Shown in pieces: positions 1 through 9,471 of a DNA stretch of 64,000 bases (positions within the stretch are counted from its first letter, which is position 1; each line of letters starts with the position of its first letter). Under the pieces are notes generated by a model. That model saw only the letters and a program-made list of their open reading frames with translations, was not told where the DNA came from and made no database searches. A program made the position numbers and the translations under genes. Source of the DNA: a plasmid. The stretch is from sequence record NZ_CP020429.2; one strand, 5' to 3'.

Positions 1-88
1 TGAGAAAGAGGAGTATTTGAACTTAGTTCAAAAATTAGAAGAGTTTGATTCCTCTCTTGCCACCAAGTATCGTCAATTGATCGACTAG
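1..88 (+). CDS. 3' end of an unidentified CDS (...EKEEYLNLVQKLEEFDSSLATKYRQLID*), truncated by the window edge
   Basis: Open frame from the window start to TAG at 86-88. No family recognised. Confidence 0.4.
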   Translation, partial: EKEEYLNLVQKLEEFDSSLATKYRQLID

Positions 89-101
89 AAAGGAGAAAGT
101 C

Positions 102-402
102 ATGAATGATTTACTCCTTATTCCGGTAATTTTTTTTAGCAGTAGGAGGAATTCTCATTCTTTTATGGAGAATCTTACTCATTGCCAGTGGACTTTTCCT
201 GATTGGTTTTGTCAGTTTTCTTATTTTCGTGGAGGGTTATGGAATTTATCTGTTCTTTACTGAATCAAACCTATACATAGAAGATCTATCCCAGAATGGT
301 CTGAACAGTTTTACAGGATTTTATGCGATATTTAATCTATCTTTGCTTGTATGTGGTGTTTTGAAAATCATTAGTTGGACAAGAAGATTAAAAAGTAGCT
401 GA
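102..402 (+). pseudogene. small membrane protein gene frameshifted at a T8 homopolymer
   Basis: ATG at 102 (MNDLLLIPVIFF). After the T run at ~125-132 the +1 frame continues as a hydrophobic protein (LAVGGILILLWRILLIASGLFLIGFVSFLIFVEGYG...KSS*) to TGA at 400-402. Total length 301 nt is not a multiple of 3. Confidence 0.5.
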
Positions 403-428
403 GAAAGAGATTGTTCAGCTACTTTTTA
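394..428 (+). terminator. rho-independent terminator
   Basis: agtagctga...tcagctact hairpin followed by TTTTT. Confidence 0.6.
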
Positions 429-556
429 ATTGGGCACTATAAAAATTTTTCTCGAAAATAAGAAACTTGCACGATTTACTCATTACTTAGCCAATACTAG
501 AGTTTATACTAGTTACTGTAAAGATGATCATCTAAAAGAAGGAAGGAGGCAACCTT

Positions 557-727
557 ATGGCTAAAAATACAAGTCGTCCAGAGATTGATTCTCTAAGTTT
601 CGAGGTTGAAAACCAAGAACTTTCCGGGAAATCAGGAGCTGGTTGGTTTACAGCTGTTCAACTTACATTGGCGGGACGTTGGTTCACCTGTTCCTATGAG
701 TGTACGACAAATAATGTTCATTGTTAG
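557..727 (+). CDS. 56-aa Cys/Trp-rich small peptide (MAKNTSRPEIDSLSFEVENQELSGKSGAGWFTAVQLTLAGRWFTCSYECTTNNVHC), candidate precursor peptide
   Basis: Strong RBS (AAGGAAGGAGG) 7 nt upstream of ATG. Paralog of the following ORF. Hydrophilic leader-like N-terminus, C-terminal half rich in Thr/Ser/Cys/Trp. Confidence 0.6.
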   Translation: MAKNTSRPEIDSLSFEVENQELSGKSGAGWFTAVQLTLAGRWFTCSYECTTNNVHC

Positions 728-783
728 ATAAAACAAAAGGAAAATTCTAGTGTTTTATTACAAAACATTGACAAGATTTTGAG

Positions 784-990
784 TTGGTGTTATATTTACG
801 GGGAGAAATACAAATAAAACAAGACAACTTTGAGATTGATTCTTTGGATTATGAAATTAATAGCCAAGAGTTGAATGGTAAACCTGATGCTGGGTGGGAT
901 ACGGCTGTTAGATTAACAGCACAGGTGCGCTGTGGGTGGTGGTTTACATATTCTTATGAATGTATTTCGCCAAACGTGTGCTGTGGATAA
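784..990 (+). CDS. paralogous Cys/Trp-rich small peptide (...FEIDSLDYEINSQELNGKPDAGWDTAVRLTAQVRCGWWFTYSYECISPNVCCG). Start codon uncertain.
   Basis: Aligns along the whole core with the 557..727 peptide. No in-frame ATG: the aligned start position holds ATA (814). TTG at 784 and GTG at 787 are alternatives. Confidence 0.45.
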   Translation: MVLYLRGEIQIKQDNFEIDSLDYEINSQELNGKPDAGWDTAVRLTAQVRCGWWFTYSYECISPNVCCG

Positions 991-1019
991 AACTCTCTAT
1001 TTTTTGATAGGAGGATAAA

Positions 1020-1127
1020 ATGGAAGGAATTATTGGAACACTAGACTTCTATGCACCAGTACTGGTCTTAGGAGTTGTTGTCATAGGGATTGTTTACTTT
1101 ATGAAAAAAAGAAACGATCGCAAATAA
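1020..1127 (+). CDS. 35-aa small membrane peptide (MEGIIGTLDFYAPVLVLGVVVIGIVYFMKKRNDRK)
   Basis: RBS AGGAGG 8 nt upstream. Single TM helix plus basic tail, followed by a terminator. Confidence 0.45.
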   Translation: MEGIIGTLDFYAPVLVLGVVVIGIVYFMKKRNDRK

Positions 1128-1137
1128 TCAACATTGA

Positions 1138-1167
1138 CCGATACCTAAAAAGTATCGGCTTTTTTTA
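1138..1167 (+). terminator. rho-independent terminator
   Basis: ccgatac...gtatcgg stem followed by TTTTTTT. Confidence 0.6.
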
Positions 1168-1254
1168 TAGTATAAATATATTGCACAAAATACTCATGGC
1201 AAACCTTGAAAGAAACCGTATAATGAGAGTGTAAAAAAGAAACGGAGGAATGAA

Positions 1255-1992
1255 ATGATGAAACAGCTTATTGTGACAGGATTAACGAAAACATTTGGTC
1301 AAGGGGATAATATCGTTCATGCTTTATTAGATGTGAACTTGTCCGTTGAAAAAGGTGAATTTCTGGCAATTATGGGGGCTAGTGGTAGTGGAAAAACAAC
1401 ACTTCTCAACTGTATTTCAACGATTGATAAACCAACATCAGGTGAGATTCGATTTGAAGATTTTGACATCATCCATGCCAAGGAAAATGAACTAGCTGAC
1501 TATCGTGCTAAAAACATTTCCTATATTTTCCAAGCTTACAACTTGGTGGAAACCTTGACAGTTTATGAAAATATTGTTCTACCTCTTCAAATTCAGGGGA
1601 AAACTATCAAAAAACATCAGGATAAGATTGAGGAAATTTTGGATAAGTTGGCCATCCAAAACTTAAAAGATAAGTTTCCTAATCAGTTATCAGGTGGTCA
1701 GCGGCAACGCGTGGCAACTGCTAGAGCCTTGATTGATGATTCTAAACTGATTATCGCAGATGAGCCGACAGGAGCCTTGGACTCTGCCAATTCTGAAAAA
1801 CTGATGGTACTTTTGCAGGAAATCAATAAAAGTTTTGGTATTACCATTTTACTGGTTACGCATGACCCTGCCGCAGCCAAGTACTCTTCACGGATGGTGC
1901 TACTTAGCGATGGAAAGATTATGGATGATTTGGAACGTAACAGCTTATCTAATGAACAGTATTTGCAAGAGATTTACAGCCGTACCAGATAG
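1255..1992 (+). CDS. ABC transporter ATP-binding protein (BceA/MacB-like, peptide efflux type)
   Basis: Walker A GASGSGKTT, signature LSGGQRQR, Walker B IIADEPTGALD. Paired with an FtsX-type permease. Confidence 0.9.
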   Translation: MMKQLIVTGLTKTFGQGDNIVHALLDVNLSVEKGEFLAIMGASGSGKTTLLNCISTIDKPTSGEIRFEDFDIIHAKENELADYRAKNISYIFQAYNLVETLTVYENIVLPLQIQGKTIKKHQDKIEEILDKLAIQNLKDKFPNQLSGGQRQRVATARALIDDSKLIIADEPTGALDSANSEKLMVLLQEINKSFGITILLVTHDPAAAKYSSRMVLLSDGKIMDDLERNSLSNEQYLQEIYSRTR

Positions 1993-2004
1993 GAGGAGGA
2001 GAGT

Positions 2005-4020
2005 ATGTATCCAAAATTGATTTTACGAAATGTATTTCGAAATTTACAGACCTATACCATCTATTTTTTCAGTCTGACCTTGATTTATAGCTTGCTCTAC
2101 GCTTTTAATGCTTTACCAAGCCATCCAGTGATGCAAAGTTTATCAGGAGCAAAGGAAATGTTAACGACGGTGATGAGCCAGTACATGGGCTTGCTTTCCT
2201 ATCTGATTCTATCGGCGATTGCCTTTCTCGTCGTTTATTCCACAAACTTTGTCCTGGGACGGCGCAAGAAAGAGCTAGGACTTTATGCAACGCTGGGAAT
2301 GAAGAAGAAGCAGATTATCCGTACCCTGTTCTTTGAAACCATGCTGGTCAATATCTTTTCCTTGATTCTAGGTTTCTTGCTTGGAGTGATCTTACTGGTC
2401 ATTCTAGCTAAGATTGCATCTGAGTTTTTTATGGCCAATTACTTTGGTAGTCTGCTTTTCTTTGATAGCAAGTCTGTCATCTTACTAGTTTATTCCTATT
2501 TGGTAACCAGTTTTATTGTTGGTGTCATGGACATTCTTACCTTTAGAAAGCAAAATATCATTGCACTCATTCAAGAAAATGGGGTCAAGAAATCTGTCTT
2601 GGCAAAAGGCAAGCCTGTTCTTCAAGCACTTCTCTTTATTCTTTCGACAGCTGTTATCGGTTTTGGTGCTCTCTATTTTTCAGACTATCACCATCTATCA
2701 CTCTTGAAAAGCTGGGGTATCTTGCTGGTATCTGTCTTCGTGATTTTTGTGATTTTATTTTACAATACCTTGAGCCATTTTATCTTGGTTTCCCTTAGAA
2801 AACTACCTCAAACCTACTATAACAAACTAAACAGTTTTAAAATTCGTCAATTTTCAAAACAAGCTGATAGTAATTCGGTCACGTTGGCTGTCTTATCCTT
2901 GACCTTGACACTGGCTCTCAGCTTACTAGTTTTTAGTGGTAGTGCCTATACGACTATGAACCGAGAGCTGAACAAATACTCACCTTATGACGTATCTGTC
3001 AATCTTTATCGTGGTCAAGAGTTCCAGTTTTCTCAGGAATCTGTCAAAGACAGATTGAAAGAAGATGGATTTGACTTTAACCTCTTCAAAGAGGAGTACA
3101 GCTATCCTATCTATTCTAGTGATTTAACCTATAAAGATTTGATTGATACTAGCAATCTCTGGGCGCATGATAAGGAACTTCCTAAATCAAAAGTACCGAT
3201 TTTAGGAATTTCTGCCTACAATCATCTCCGCAAACTGCAAGGTGAAAGAGAGGTTGACTTGGCAGATAACCAATTTCTGGTCAATGCTAACTATAAAGGA
3301 ACTGCCAAGCAGATTCAGGACTTTCTATTAACGAGAAAAACCCTCATGATTAACGGTTATTCTCTTAATCTTGCGTCTTCAAAGCCACTTGAAACAGTTT
3401 ACTTTTTATCGTCAGTGGGTACAAATGACACAGGAACCTTAATTGTACCAGATAAGGTAGTAGTTGGATTGATGGAAGACCACACGACCTATGTTGCCAA
3501 TTTCAAAGAAAATATCGACAAACGGAAAGTAGAAACATTCTTAAGTCAGTGGATAGAAAAATACTACTTCACTCGTGATGGAGCAGAGTTGAATCCGTTC
3601 ACCTATCAAACGAAAGGAAGAATTTTTGAGATTTATCTTGGATTTATGGGCGTCATCGTCTTTGTCATGATTTTTGTCAGTGTTATTTTTATCATTATTT
3701 CCCTCAGTATCTTGTCACTTCAAACTTCTACAAGTTCTTTGGATAGTGTCAATGATTATCAAATCTTATACCTTCTTGGGAATAAGAGAAATCAAAATCG
3801 CTCTATTCTTTTGCAACAGATTCTAAGTTATTTCTTGGTTCCGCTGGTTATCGCTGGTCCGCTAGCACTTGCCTTGAGTACAGCTCTTTTGGGCTATTTT
3901 GAGAATTTCGCTAATACCAGCATTTCTATTGATATCACCTATCTGGGAGTAGCGGTTTTACTCTTTGTCCTTTACCTGCTAGTGACTTACAGAGTAAGTT
4001 GGCAAATTATTGAAAATTAA
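2005..4020 (+). CDS. FtsX-family ABC permease with 10 TM helices and a large extracellular loop (BceB-like)
   Basis: 671 aa with two FtsX-like TM bundles. RBS GGAGGAGGAG. Confidence 0.85.
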   Translation: MYPKLILRNVFRNLQTYTIYFFSLTLIYSLLYAFNALPSHPVMQSLSGAKEMLTTVMSQYMGLLSYLILSAIAFLVVYSTNFVLGRRKKELGLYATLGMKKKQIIRTLFFETMLVNIFSLILGFLLGVILLVILAKIASEFFMANYFGSLLFFDSKSVILLVYSYLVTSFIVGVMDILTFRKQNIIALIQENGVKKSVLAKGKPVLQALLFILSTAVIGFGALYFSDYHHLSLLKSWGILLVSVFVIFVILFYNTLSHFILVSLRKLPQTYYNKLNSFKIRQFSKQADSNSVTLAVLSLTLTLALSLLVFSGSAYTTMNRELNKYSPYDVSVNLYRGQEFQFSQESVKDRLKEDGFDFNLFKEEYSYPIYSSDLTYKDLIDTSNLWAHDKELPKSKVPILGISAYNHLRKLQGEREVDLADNQFLVNANYKGTAKQIQDFLLTRKTLMINGYSLNLASSKPLETVYFLSSVGTNDTGTLIVPDKVVVGLMEDHTTYVANFKENIDKRKVETFLSQWIEKYYFTRDGAELNPFTYQTKGRIFEIYLGFMGVIVFVMIFVSVIFIIISLSILSLQTSTSSLDSVNDYQILYLLGNKRNQNRSILLQQILSYFLVPLVIAGPLALALSTALLGYFENFANTSISIDITYLGVAVLLFVLYLLVTYRVSWQIIEN

Positions 4021-4100
4021 GTCAAATACCAGAGTTGCCTATCCGACAATTCTGGTATTGTGTTACAATGATATTAAAGTAGTTCAGGAAGTGGATACTT

Positions 4101-5675
4101 ATGAAACAGTTTGTCAAATTGATCTCGAAAAACTCACTTTTATTGTGGTGGTTGACGATTTTTAATCATCTAACTTTGATGATTTATATTTATTATAGGA
4201 TTCCTCTGGACTTTTCGACAGATTTTTCCTTACAGATGGTTTTATTGCTGATTATTGCTTTAATTGTATTTAGCTATATTTGTAATATTGTGACCTTTCG
4301 GTATAGTGAGTTGAAACTTTGGTTGCTCCTGATGATGTTTCTCATTAGCTGGCAATCCATATTTAATCAAGGAGTTGCGAGCACCCTGTTGCACTTTTTT
4401 GATATTCTTCATCCGCTCAACTCTTTTTTATTGGTGTATAGTTCTCTGTCTATTATCTTTCTGGGAGAGAAAATAGGAGAAGAACTGTTGAGTGTGTCCT
4501 TTGTGTTGACACTAATCACCATTAGTTCGTATCTGTTAAGTCCTTCAATTTTTCTATTTCTGTCCTTGTTTGCGTCTTTCTTTTTAAACCTTGTTCCCTT
4601 GATTTTACTGATTTTATATCATAAAGAGTTGAAAAGCAAACTCAAGTATCAGAGACGAAATTTGTGGATATTAGCTTTGATATTGCCTCTTTCTTATTTC
4701 TTTTTGTATATCAATACGACGGGCTCAGGAGTGATGAACCTAGTCTGGTATCTAGAAATTCTTGGTATCTTAGCTTTTGTACACTTCAAAACGATTGTCA
4801 GCTCTCTTCAAAAAAAGGTATCAGAGTTGAAATTGTCCTATATAAAAGCTTTTTCACACTTGTTTTTACTAGTTATATTTTTGTTAGTAGGTATTTTCAT
4901 CATCTTTCGTCTAGACTTAAACACGAGCTTTTTAGTCTTGAATATCATGTTACTATTGTTCGGGATTTGTTCGGAAGAATTGATTCGCCTCTTTCGTTCT
5001 GCTGAAATGCTAGATGCTAGGGATTATGTAAAAGTTCTCTTTTTAAAGCGTAATCGTATGGTGAAAAGTCTGCTGGCAAATGAAGACACAGAACAACAGT
5101 TCTCCGAATTTCTTCACAATGAAATCCTGCAAAATGTGATGGCGATAAAAAATTTCAATCAATATAGTAGCAATCAAGCTTTTGGTGAACAGATCAATCT
5201 GGTGACAGAGGAGTTGGTTCAGCGGATTCGTGAGCGGATGGATTATTATCAGCCAATGGTAGAAACAGACGAGCAGTTAGACATCCAGTATCAAGGGCTG
5301 ATTAATCGGATTGTCAAGCGCTATCACGCAGAAAATGAAGTCGTCACACAGTTTCCTGACCACTTTAGGCTTTTATCTCCTTACGATAAAATTGCCTATC
5401 GTCTGGTTGAGGAGTTGGCGACCAATGCCGTTAAGTACGCTAGTGGTGGAACGATTTCTTTGAAGATTGATGTGAATAATGACGCTATTTTTATCATTTC
5501 TGAAAATGACTGCCTTCAAACAGAAAAATCCTTAGGTTATGGCTTGAAAAATATGTCTAATAAAATTAGTGTTTTAGGTGGTCAGATGCAGATTTTTGAA
5601 AATAATAAGAGATTTCGTGTAGAAATTTCTCTCCCGATTGATAAGGAGTTGTGTTATGAAAATTTTGTTAATTGA
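4101..5675 (+). CDS. multi-TM sensor histidine kinase (HisKA_3/NarL-partner type)
   Basis: About 8 N-terminal TM helices and a C-terminal HATPase (ELATNAVKYASGG, GYGLKN). Confidence 0.8.
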   Translation: MKQFVKLISKNSLLLWWLTIFNHLTLMIYIYYRIPLDFSTDFSLQMVLLLIIALIVFSYICNIVTFRYSELKLWLLLMMFLISWQSIFNQGVASTLLHFFDILHPLNSFLLVYSSLSIIFLGEKIGEELLSVSFVLTLITISSYLLSPSIFLFLSLFASFFLNLVPLILLILYHKELKSKLKYQRRNLWILALILPLSYFFLYINTTGSGVMNLVWYLEILGILAFVHFKTIVSSLQKKVSELKLSYIKAFSHLFLLVIFLLVGIFIIFRLDLNTSFLVLNIMLLLFGICSEELIRLFRSAEMLDARDYVKVLFLKRNRMVKSLLANEDTEQQFSEFLHNEILQNVMAIKNFNQYSSNQAFGEQINLVTEELVQRIRERMDYYQPMVETDEQLDIQYQGLINRIVKRYHAENEVVTQFPDHFRLLSPYDKIAYRLVEELATNAVKYASGGTISLKIDVNNDAIFIISENDCLQTEKSLGYGLKNMSNKISVLGGQMQIFENNKRFRVEISLPIDKELCYENFVN

Positions 5676-6252
5676 TGATCATAAATTATTTAGCCAAAGT
5701 ATCAAGATGATTTTAGAGTTATCGGAAAACATTAAAAAGGTCCAGTTAGTGGATAATTTTTCGACTATTTTGGAGATTGCTTTTAATGACTACGACATTA
5801 TTTTGATTGACATCAACCTGACGAGTCTGTATCAAGATGATGGGCTGACCTTGGCACAAGAGATTATCGATAATGGTTGTTCTAGTAAGGTTGTAATTTT
5901 GACGGGATACAGCAAAAAGATGTATGAACACCGAGCTAAAGCTATGGGGGCTTATGGCTTTCTGGATAAAAGCATGAACCCAGATGAGTTGGTGAAAAAA
6001 CTGGAAAAGATTTATCTAGGTGGTAAGGTCTTTTCAGATGAAGTGATGGTAGAGGTGCTAACACCACGAGAAATCGAGATACTAGAATTGGTTAGAAATG
6101 GCTTGACCATTGATGATGTCTGTGACAAGGTCGATGTGAGTAAACGTACAGTTTCCAATCACTTGGCCAATATCTTTTCAAAATTTGGAGTGACTAACAG
6201 GCAGGAGGCGATTCATATCGCTGAGCAGTTGGGCTATTTTCCACCAGATTAA
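5638..6252 (+). CDS. NarL/LuxR-family response regulator
   Basis: Receiver domain (ILLIDDH, D in ILIDIN) and C-terminal LuxR HTH (LTPREIEILELV...SNHLANIFSKFGV). Confidence 0.85.
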   Translation: MIRSCVMKILLIDDHKLFSQSIKMILELSENIKKVQLVDNFSTILEIAFNDYDIILIDINLTSLYQDDGLTLAQEIIDNGCSSKVVILTGYSKKMYEHRAKAMGAYGFLDKSMNPDELVKKLEKIYLGGKVFSDEVMVEVLTPREIEILELVRNGLTIDDVCDKVDVSKRTVSNHLANIFSKFGVTNRQEAIHIAEQLGYFPPD

Positions 6253-6530
6253 AAAGTTGCAGAAGATGCAGCTTTTTTAATTTATTTACAAAAATTGCAC
6301 ATATTACTCATTCTAATAAACGGTAAATTTGATAATCTATTAGTAATTAAGGAGGAAATCATTATGTCTATGGTATCTGAAAAATGGTTTGTATAAGAAA
6401 CTTTATCAGACGGATTACTAATTTTGTAAGTTATATTGGCCACCTTCGGGTGGCATTTTTACTTCTGTGATACTTTTTTCAAGATTTATCTGCTATTCTT
6501 GACCTAGTTTTTATAGAAAGAAGGTCTAAG

Positions 6531-7172
6531 ATGTTAAATAAAGTCAAAACTAAAGCCTTAATTAGTGTTGGAGCAGTAGGCGCAACTAACTTTATTCTCA
6601 TGATGGGATATACTGCTGGTCAACATTCTACTGCCAAACAAAGTCGAAAAGAAATCGAATTGGCTGTAGCTAAACTTGTAGAGGACAAACAAGCAGAAGA
6701 TAAAGCAAGTGTTTTATCATCAGATACTGTAAAAGAATTTTTGACACAGTACTATACGAAAGAAAAACTAGGGGAAAATAATACACGTATTCAACCTTAT
6801 ATGACTGAATCGGCTTATTCTCAAGAATTGACAAGTCAAAACGATGCCATGAACCAAGTGTATAAGGACTATATTTTGGATTATCATTTTGAAAAAGCTG
6901 ATATCTTTGTCAATCAGACTACGAATCAAGCTATTGCCATGGTGTCTTATAATGTAACCTATGTATCTGATTTAAAGAATGCCAACCAATCAAAGACAAA
7001 CCAAACATAAACCCGAACGGTTAAATTGTCCTATTCTAAACTACCTGGTAAGTTATTGGTCAATCAAGTACAGGTTTGGAAATCTGGGTTAGATGAACTA
7101 GATAAGGCAACTTCTAAAACTTTAGAAGAATCCTCATCTGTTCCATCATTGCCGAATACTACGACAAAATGA
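6531..7172 (+). pseudogene. secreted/anchored hypothetical protein interrupted by an in-frame TAA at 7008-7010
   Basis: The ORF 6531..7010 continues in the same frame for 53 more codons to TGA at 7170-7172. N-terminal signal/TM MLNKVKTKALISVGAVGATNFILMMG. Confidence 0.5.
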
Positions 7173-7288
7173 TGATATTTTATGAATATAGAGGAATGTA
7201 AGCAAATTTCAATTTTTGATGTAGCCAATCGATTAGGTATCTCCTTTAAACAAGTTTCTAGCAGTGTCTATGAACATCCTGAACATGT

Positions 7289-7330
7289 TGAGTGTGTAGC
7301 TTTGCTTGTGCGAGCTAATTCATCAGTGAA
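7289..7330. repeat. BOX-like intergenic repeat, copy 1 (gagtgtgtagctttgcttgtgcgagct...)
   Basis: About 35 bp nearly identical to 9394-9450. A weaker third copy lies at ~7407-7432. Resembles the pneumococcal BOX element C box from memory. Confidence 0.5.
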
Positions 7331-7598
7331 GTAGATGTTCGGCAAATGCTATAGCTTTCGTAGACTGAGGATATTACGACGAAATAATACGGTAATTCCG
7401 AACCGCTGAGTGTGTAAGATTGCTTATAAAAGCGTAAAAACCTTGTAATGAATCAATAATGAAAAGCCTTGATTGCAAGGCTTTTTTGCGTTTTTGTGAT
7501 AGAATACAGTTAGTTATAAATAGAGAGCCAATAAGAATCAGTAAAAATATTATTTATTAAATAATCAAGCTAGCGTAGACGAACTGGATAGGTTACTA

Positions 7599-8519
7599 GT
7601 GAAAACTGCAAGATGTGATGTGAAAAGAATCGGAGAGTGCTTGATGGATTTTAGTAGTAAGATAGCCATAAATAAAGGCTGGTCAGATGATAAAAAATAT
7701 TGTGTGACAGATCAAAATCAGCAAAACTATTTCTTGCGTATTTCTGAGAAGAAAAAATTGGGTTCTAAGAAATTTGAATTTGATATGATGAAGAAAGTAG
7801 CTTATCTTGGAGTTCCGATGTGTAAACCAATTAGCATTGAACTCTGCGATGACGAAGTACATTCTTTACACGAATGGATAGACGGGAAAGATGCAAGAGA
7901 AACCATTTTAACTGTTTCGAAAGAACAACAATACACTTACGGAGTAGAAGCAGGAAATATACTTCGAAAAATTCATTCACTTCCTGTTACAGAAGTTCGT
8001 GAAAATTGGGAACCCTTTTATAATCGAAAAATTGATGACAAAATCAAAAAATACAAAGAATGTCCCGTTCAATACGAAAATGGTCAGATTTTTATTGATT
8101 ATTTAAATGCAAATCGAGAATGGTTAAAAGATAGACCTCAGGTTTTCCAACATGGGGATTATCATATCGGAAATTTCATGATTGGAAAAGATGGTAAAAT
8201 TTATGTCATTGACTTTGATCGATTTGATCTTGGAGATCCTTGGGAGGAGTTCAATCGTATTGTATGGTCTGCTCAAGTTTCTCCCTCTTTTGCGTCTGGT
8301 ATGATAGATGGATATTTTGATCATAAGGTTCCGGATTTATTTTGGAAGCTTCTCGCTATCTATATTCTAAATAACATAGTTGGTGCACTGCCATGGGCTG
8401 TACCATACGGAGCTGAAGAAATATCAGTAATGCAACATCAAGCTAAGGAAATTTTAGAATGGTATGATGATATGAAGCAAATCATTCCTAGTTGGTATTT
8501 GATTGAGAAAAAGGCTTAA
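7599..8519 (+). CDS. aminoglycoside/macrolide phosphotransferase (APH)-family kinase. The likely true start is M at 7644.
   Basis: Catalytic HGDYHIGNFM and IDFDRFDLGDPWEEF motifs of the APH/choline-kinase fold. Confidence 0.8.
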   Translation: MKTARCDVKRIGECLMDFSSKIAINKGWSDDKKYCVTDQNQQNYFLRISEKKKLGSKKFEFDMMKKVAYLGVPMCKPISIELCDDEVHSLHEWIDGKDARETILTVSKEQQYTYGVEAGNILRKIHSLPVTEVRENWEPFYNRKIDDKIKKYKECPVQYENGQIFIDYLNANREWLKDRPQVFQHGDYHIGNFMIGKDGKIYVIDFDRFDLGDPWEEFNRIVWSAQVSPSFASGMIDGYFDHKVPDLFWKLLAIYILNNIVGALPWAVPYGAEEISVMQHQAKEILEWYDDMKQIIPSWYLIEKKA

Positions 8520-8637
8520 TAATAAAAGAGTTTAAATATCAATTTGAAAAAATGTCAAGATTATTTGCTCATATTATAACGAATTCAATTCTTTATTAAT
8601 ACCTATCGAGAATTATCTTGAAACTTGGAATGTTGTT

Positions 8638-9270
8638 TTGGAGTCAAGTTACATGAAAGAATATATTTTAAATTTAGAAAAAGAATTCTCTTTAATAGAT
8701 AATGGATTTAAAGAAGAAGAGAAAAGAGCTCTTGCTGATTATCTATCAAACGATAATGTGTATACCAAAGAATTAGCATTTTTAGCTTTTAAATCCAATG
8801 TATATCAAGTTAGAATGTACAGTGTATTTCTCTTTGGCCATTTGTCATCGTATGAAGAAATTTTGATCTTTATGAGGGATGAGGTTTCAAAGGATGACAA
8901 TTGGAGAGTTCAAGAAGTATTAGCAAAAGCATTTGATGAATTTTGTAAGCAAACAGGTTATGAAAAATCTCTTCCGGTTATTGACGACTGGCTACAAAAT
9001 AATAATCCAAATGTCAGAAGAGCTGTTACAGAAGGTTTGAGAATATGGACGAGTAGACCATATTTCAAGGATAATCCAGATGAAGCTATTAAACGAATCG
9101 CAACATTAAAAGAAGATTCTAGTGAATATGTTAGAAAATCAGTTGGTAATGCTTTGAGGGATATTAGCAAAAAATTTCCAGACTTGATTAAAGAAGAACT
9201 TGATAGTTGGGACGTTAAGAGTAAAGAGATTCAAAAAGTTTACAAGTTAGCAAGTAAATTTATTAAGTGA
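8638..9270 (+). CDS. HEAT-repeat protein, DNA alkylation repair (AlkD/AlkC-like) family
   Basis: About 210 aa. Repeated VR(R/K)AV/SVGNALRDI helix motifs typical of this family. Assignment made from memory. Confidence 0.5.
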   Translation: MESSYMKEYILNLEKEFSLIDNGFKEEEKRALADYLSNDNVYTKELAFLAFKSNVYQVRMYSVFLFGHLSSYEEILIFMRDEVSKDDNWRVQEVLAKAFDEFCKQTGYEKSLPVIDDWLQNNNPNVRRAVTEGLRIWTSRPYFKDNPDEAIKRIATLKEDSSEYVRKSVGNALRDISKKFPDLIKEELDSWDVKSKEIQKVYKLASKFIK

Positions 9271-9393
9271 CAATTATCAGCTACAAAGTTGGAAAAATGG
9301 TAACTATAAAATATTTTCAATCTAAAGTTTAATTTTAAACAACAACTCTATCCCTTTCGTTCTATAATATAGATGTTGACTAACTCCATACGT

Positions 9394-9450
9394 GGAGTGT
9401 GTAGCTTTGCTTGTACGAGCTGATTAAACAAGGATGTAGCTAGTGAGAGT
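9394..9450. repeat. BOX-like intergenic repeat, copy 2
   Basis: ggagtgtgtagctttgcttgtacgagctgattaaacaaggatgtagc; matches 7289-7330. Confidence 0.5.
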
Positions 9451-9471
9451 CTTAAAGTAAGGAGTCTAAAC

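Noticed and set aside
1698-2020. Short ORFs overlapping the ABC ATPase gene on both strands (1698..1880 minus strand, 1835..2020 plus strand)
   Set aside because: They are embedded in a well-supported CDS with conserved motifs, with no RBS or homology.
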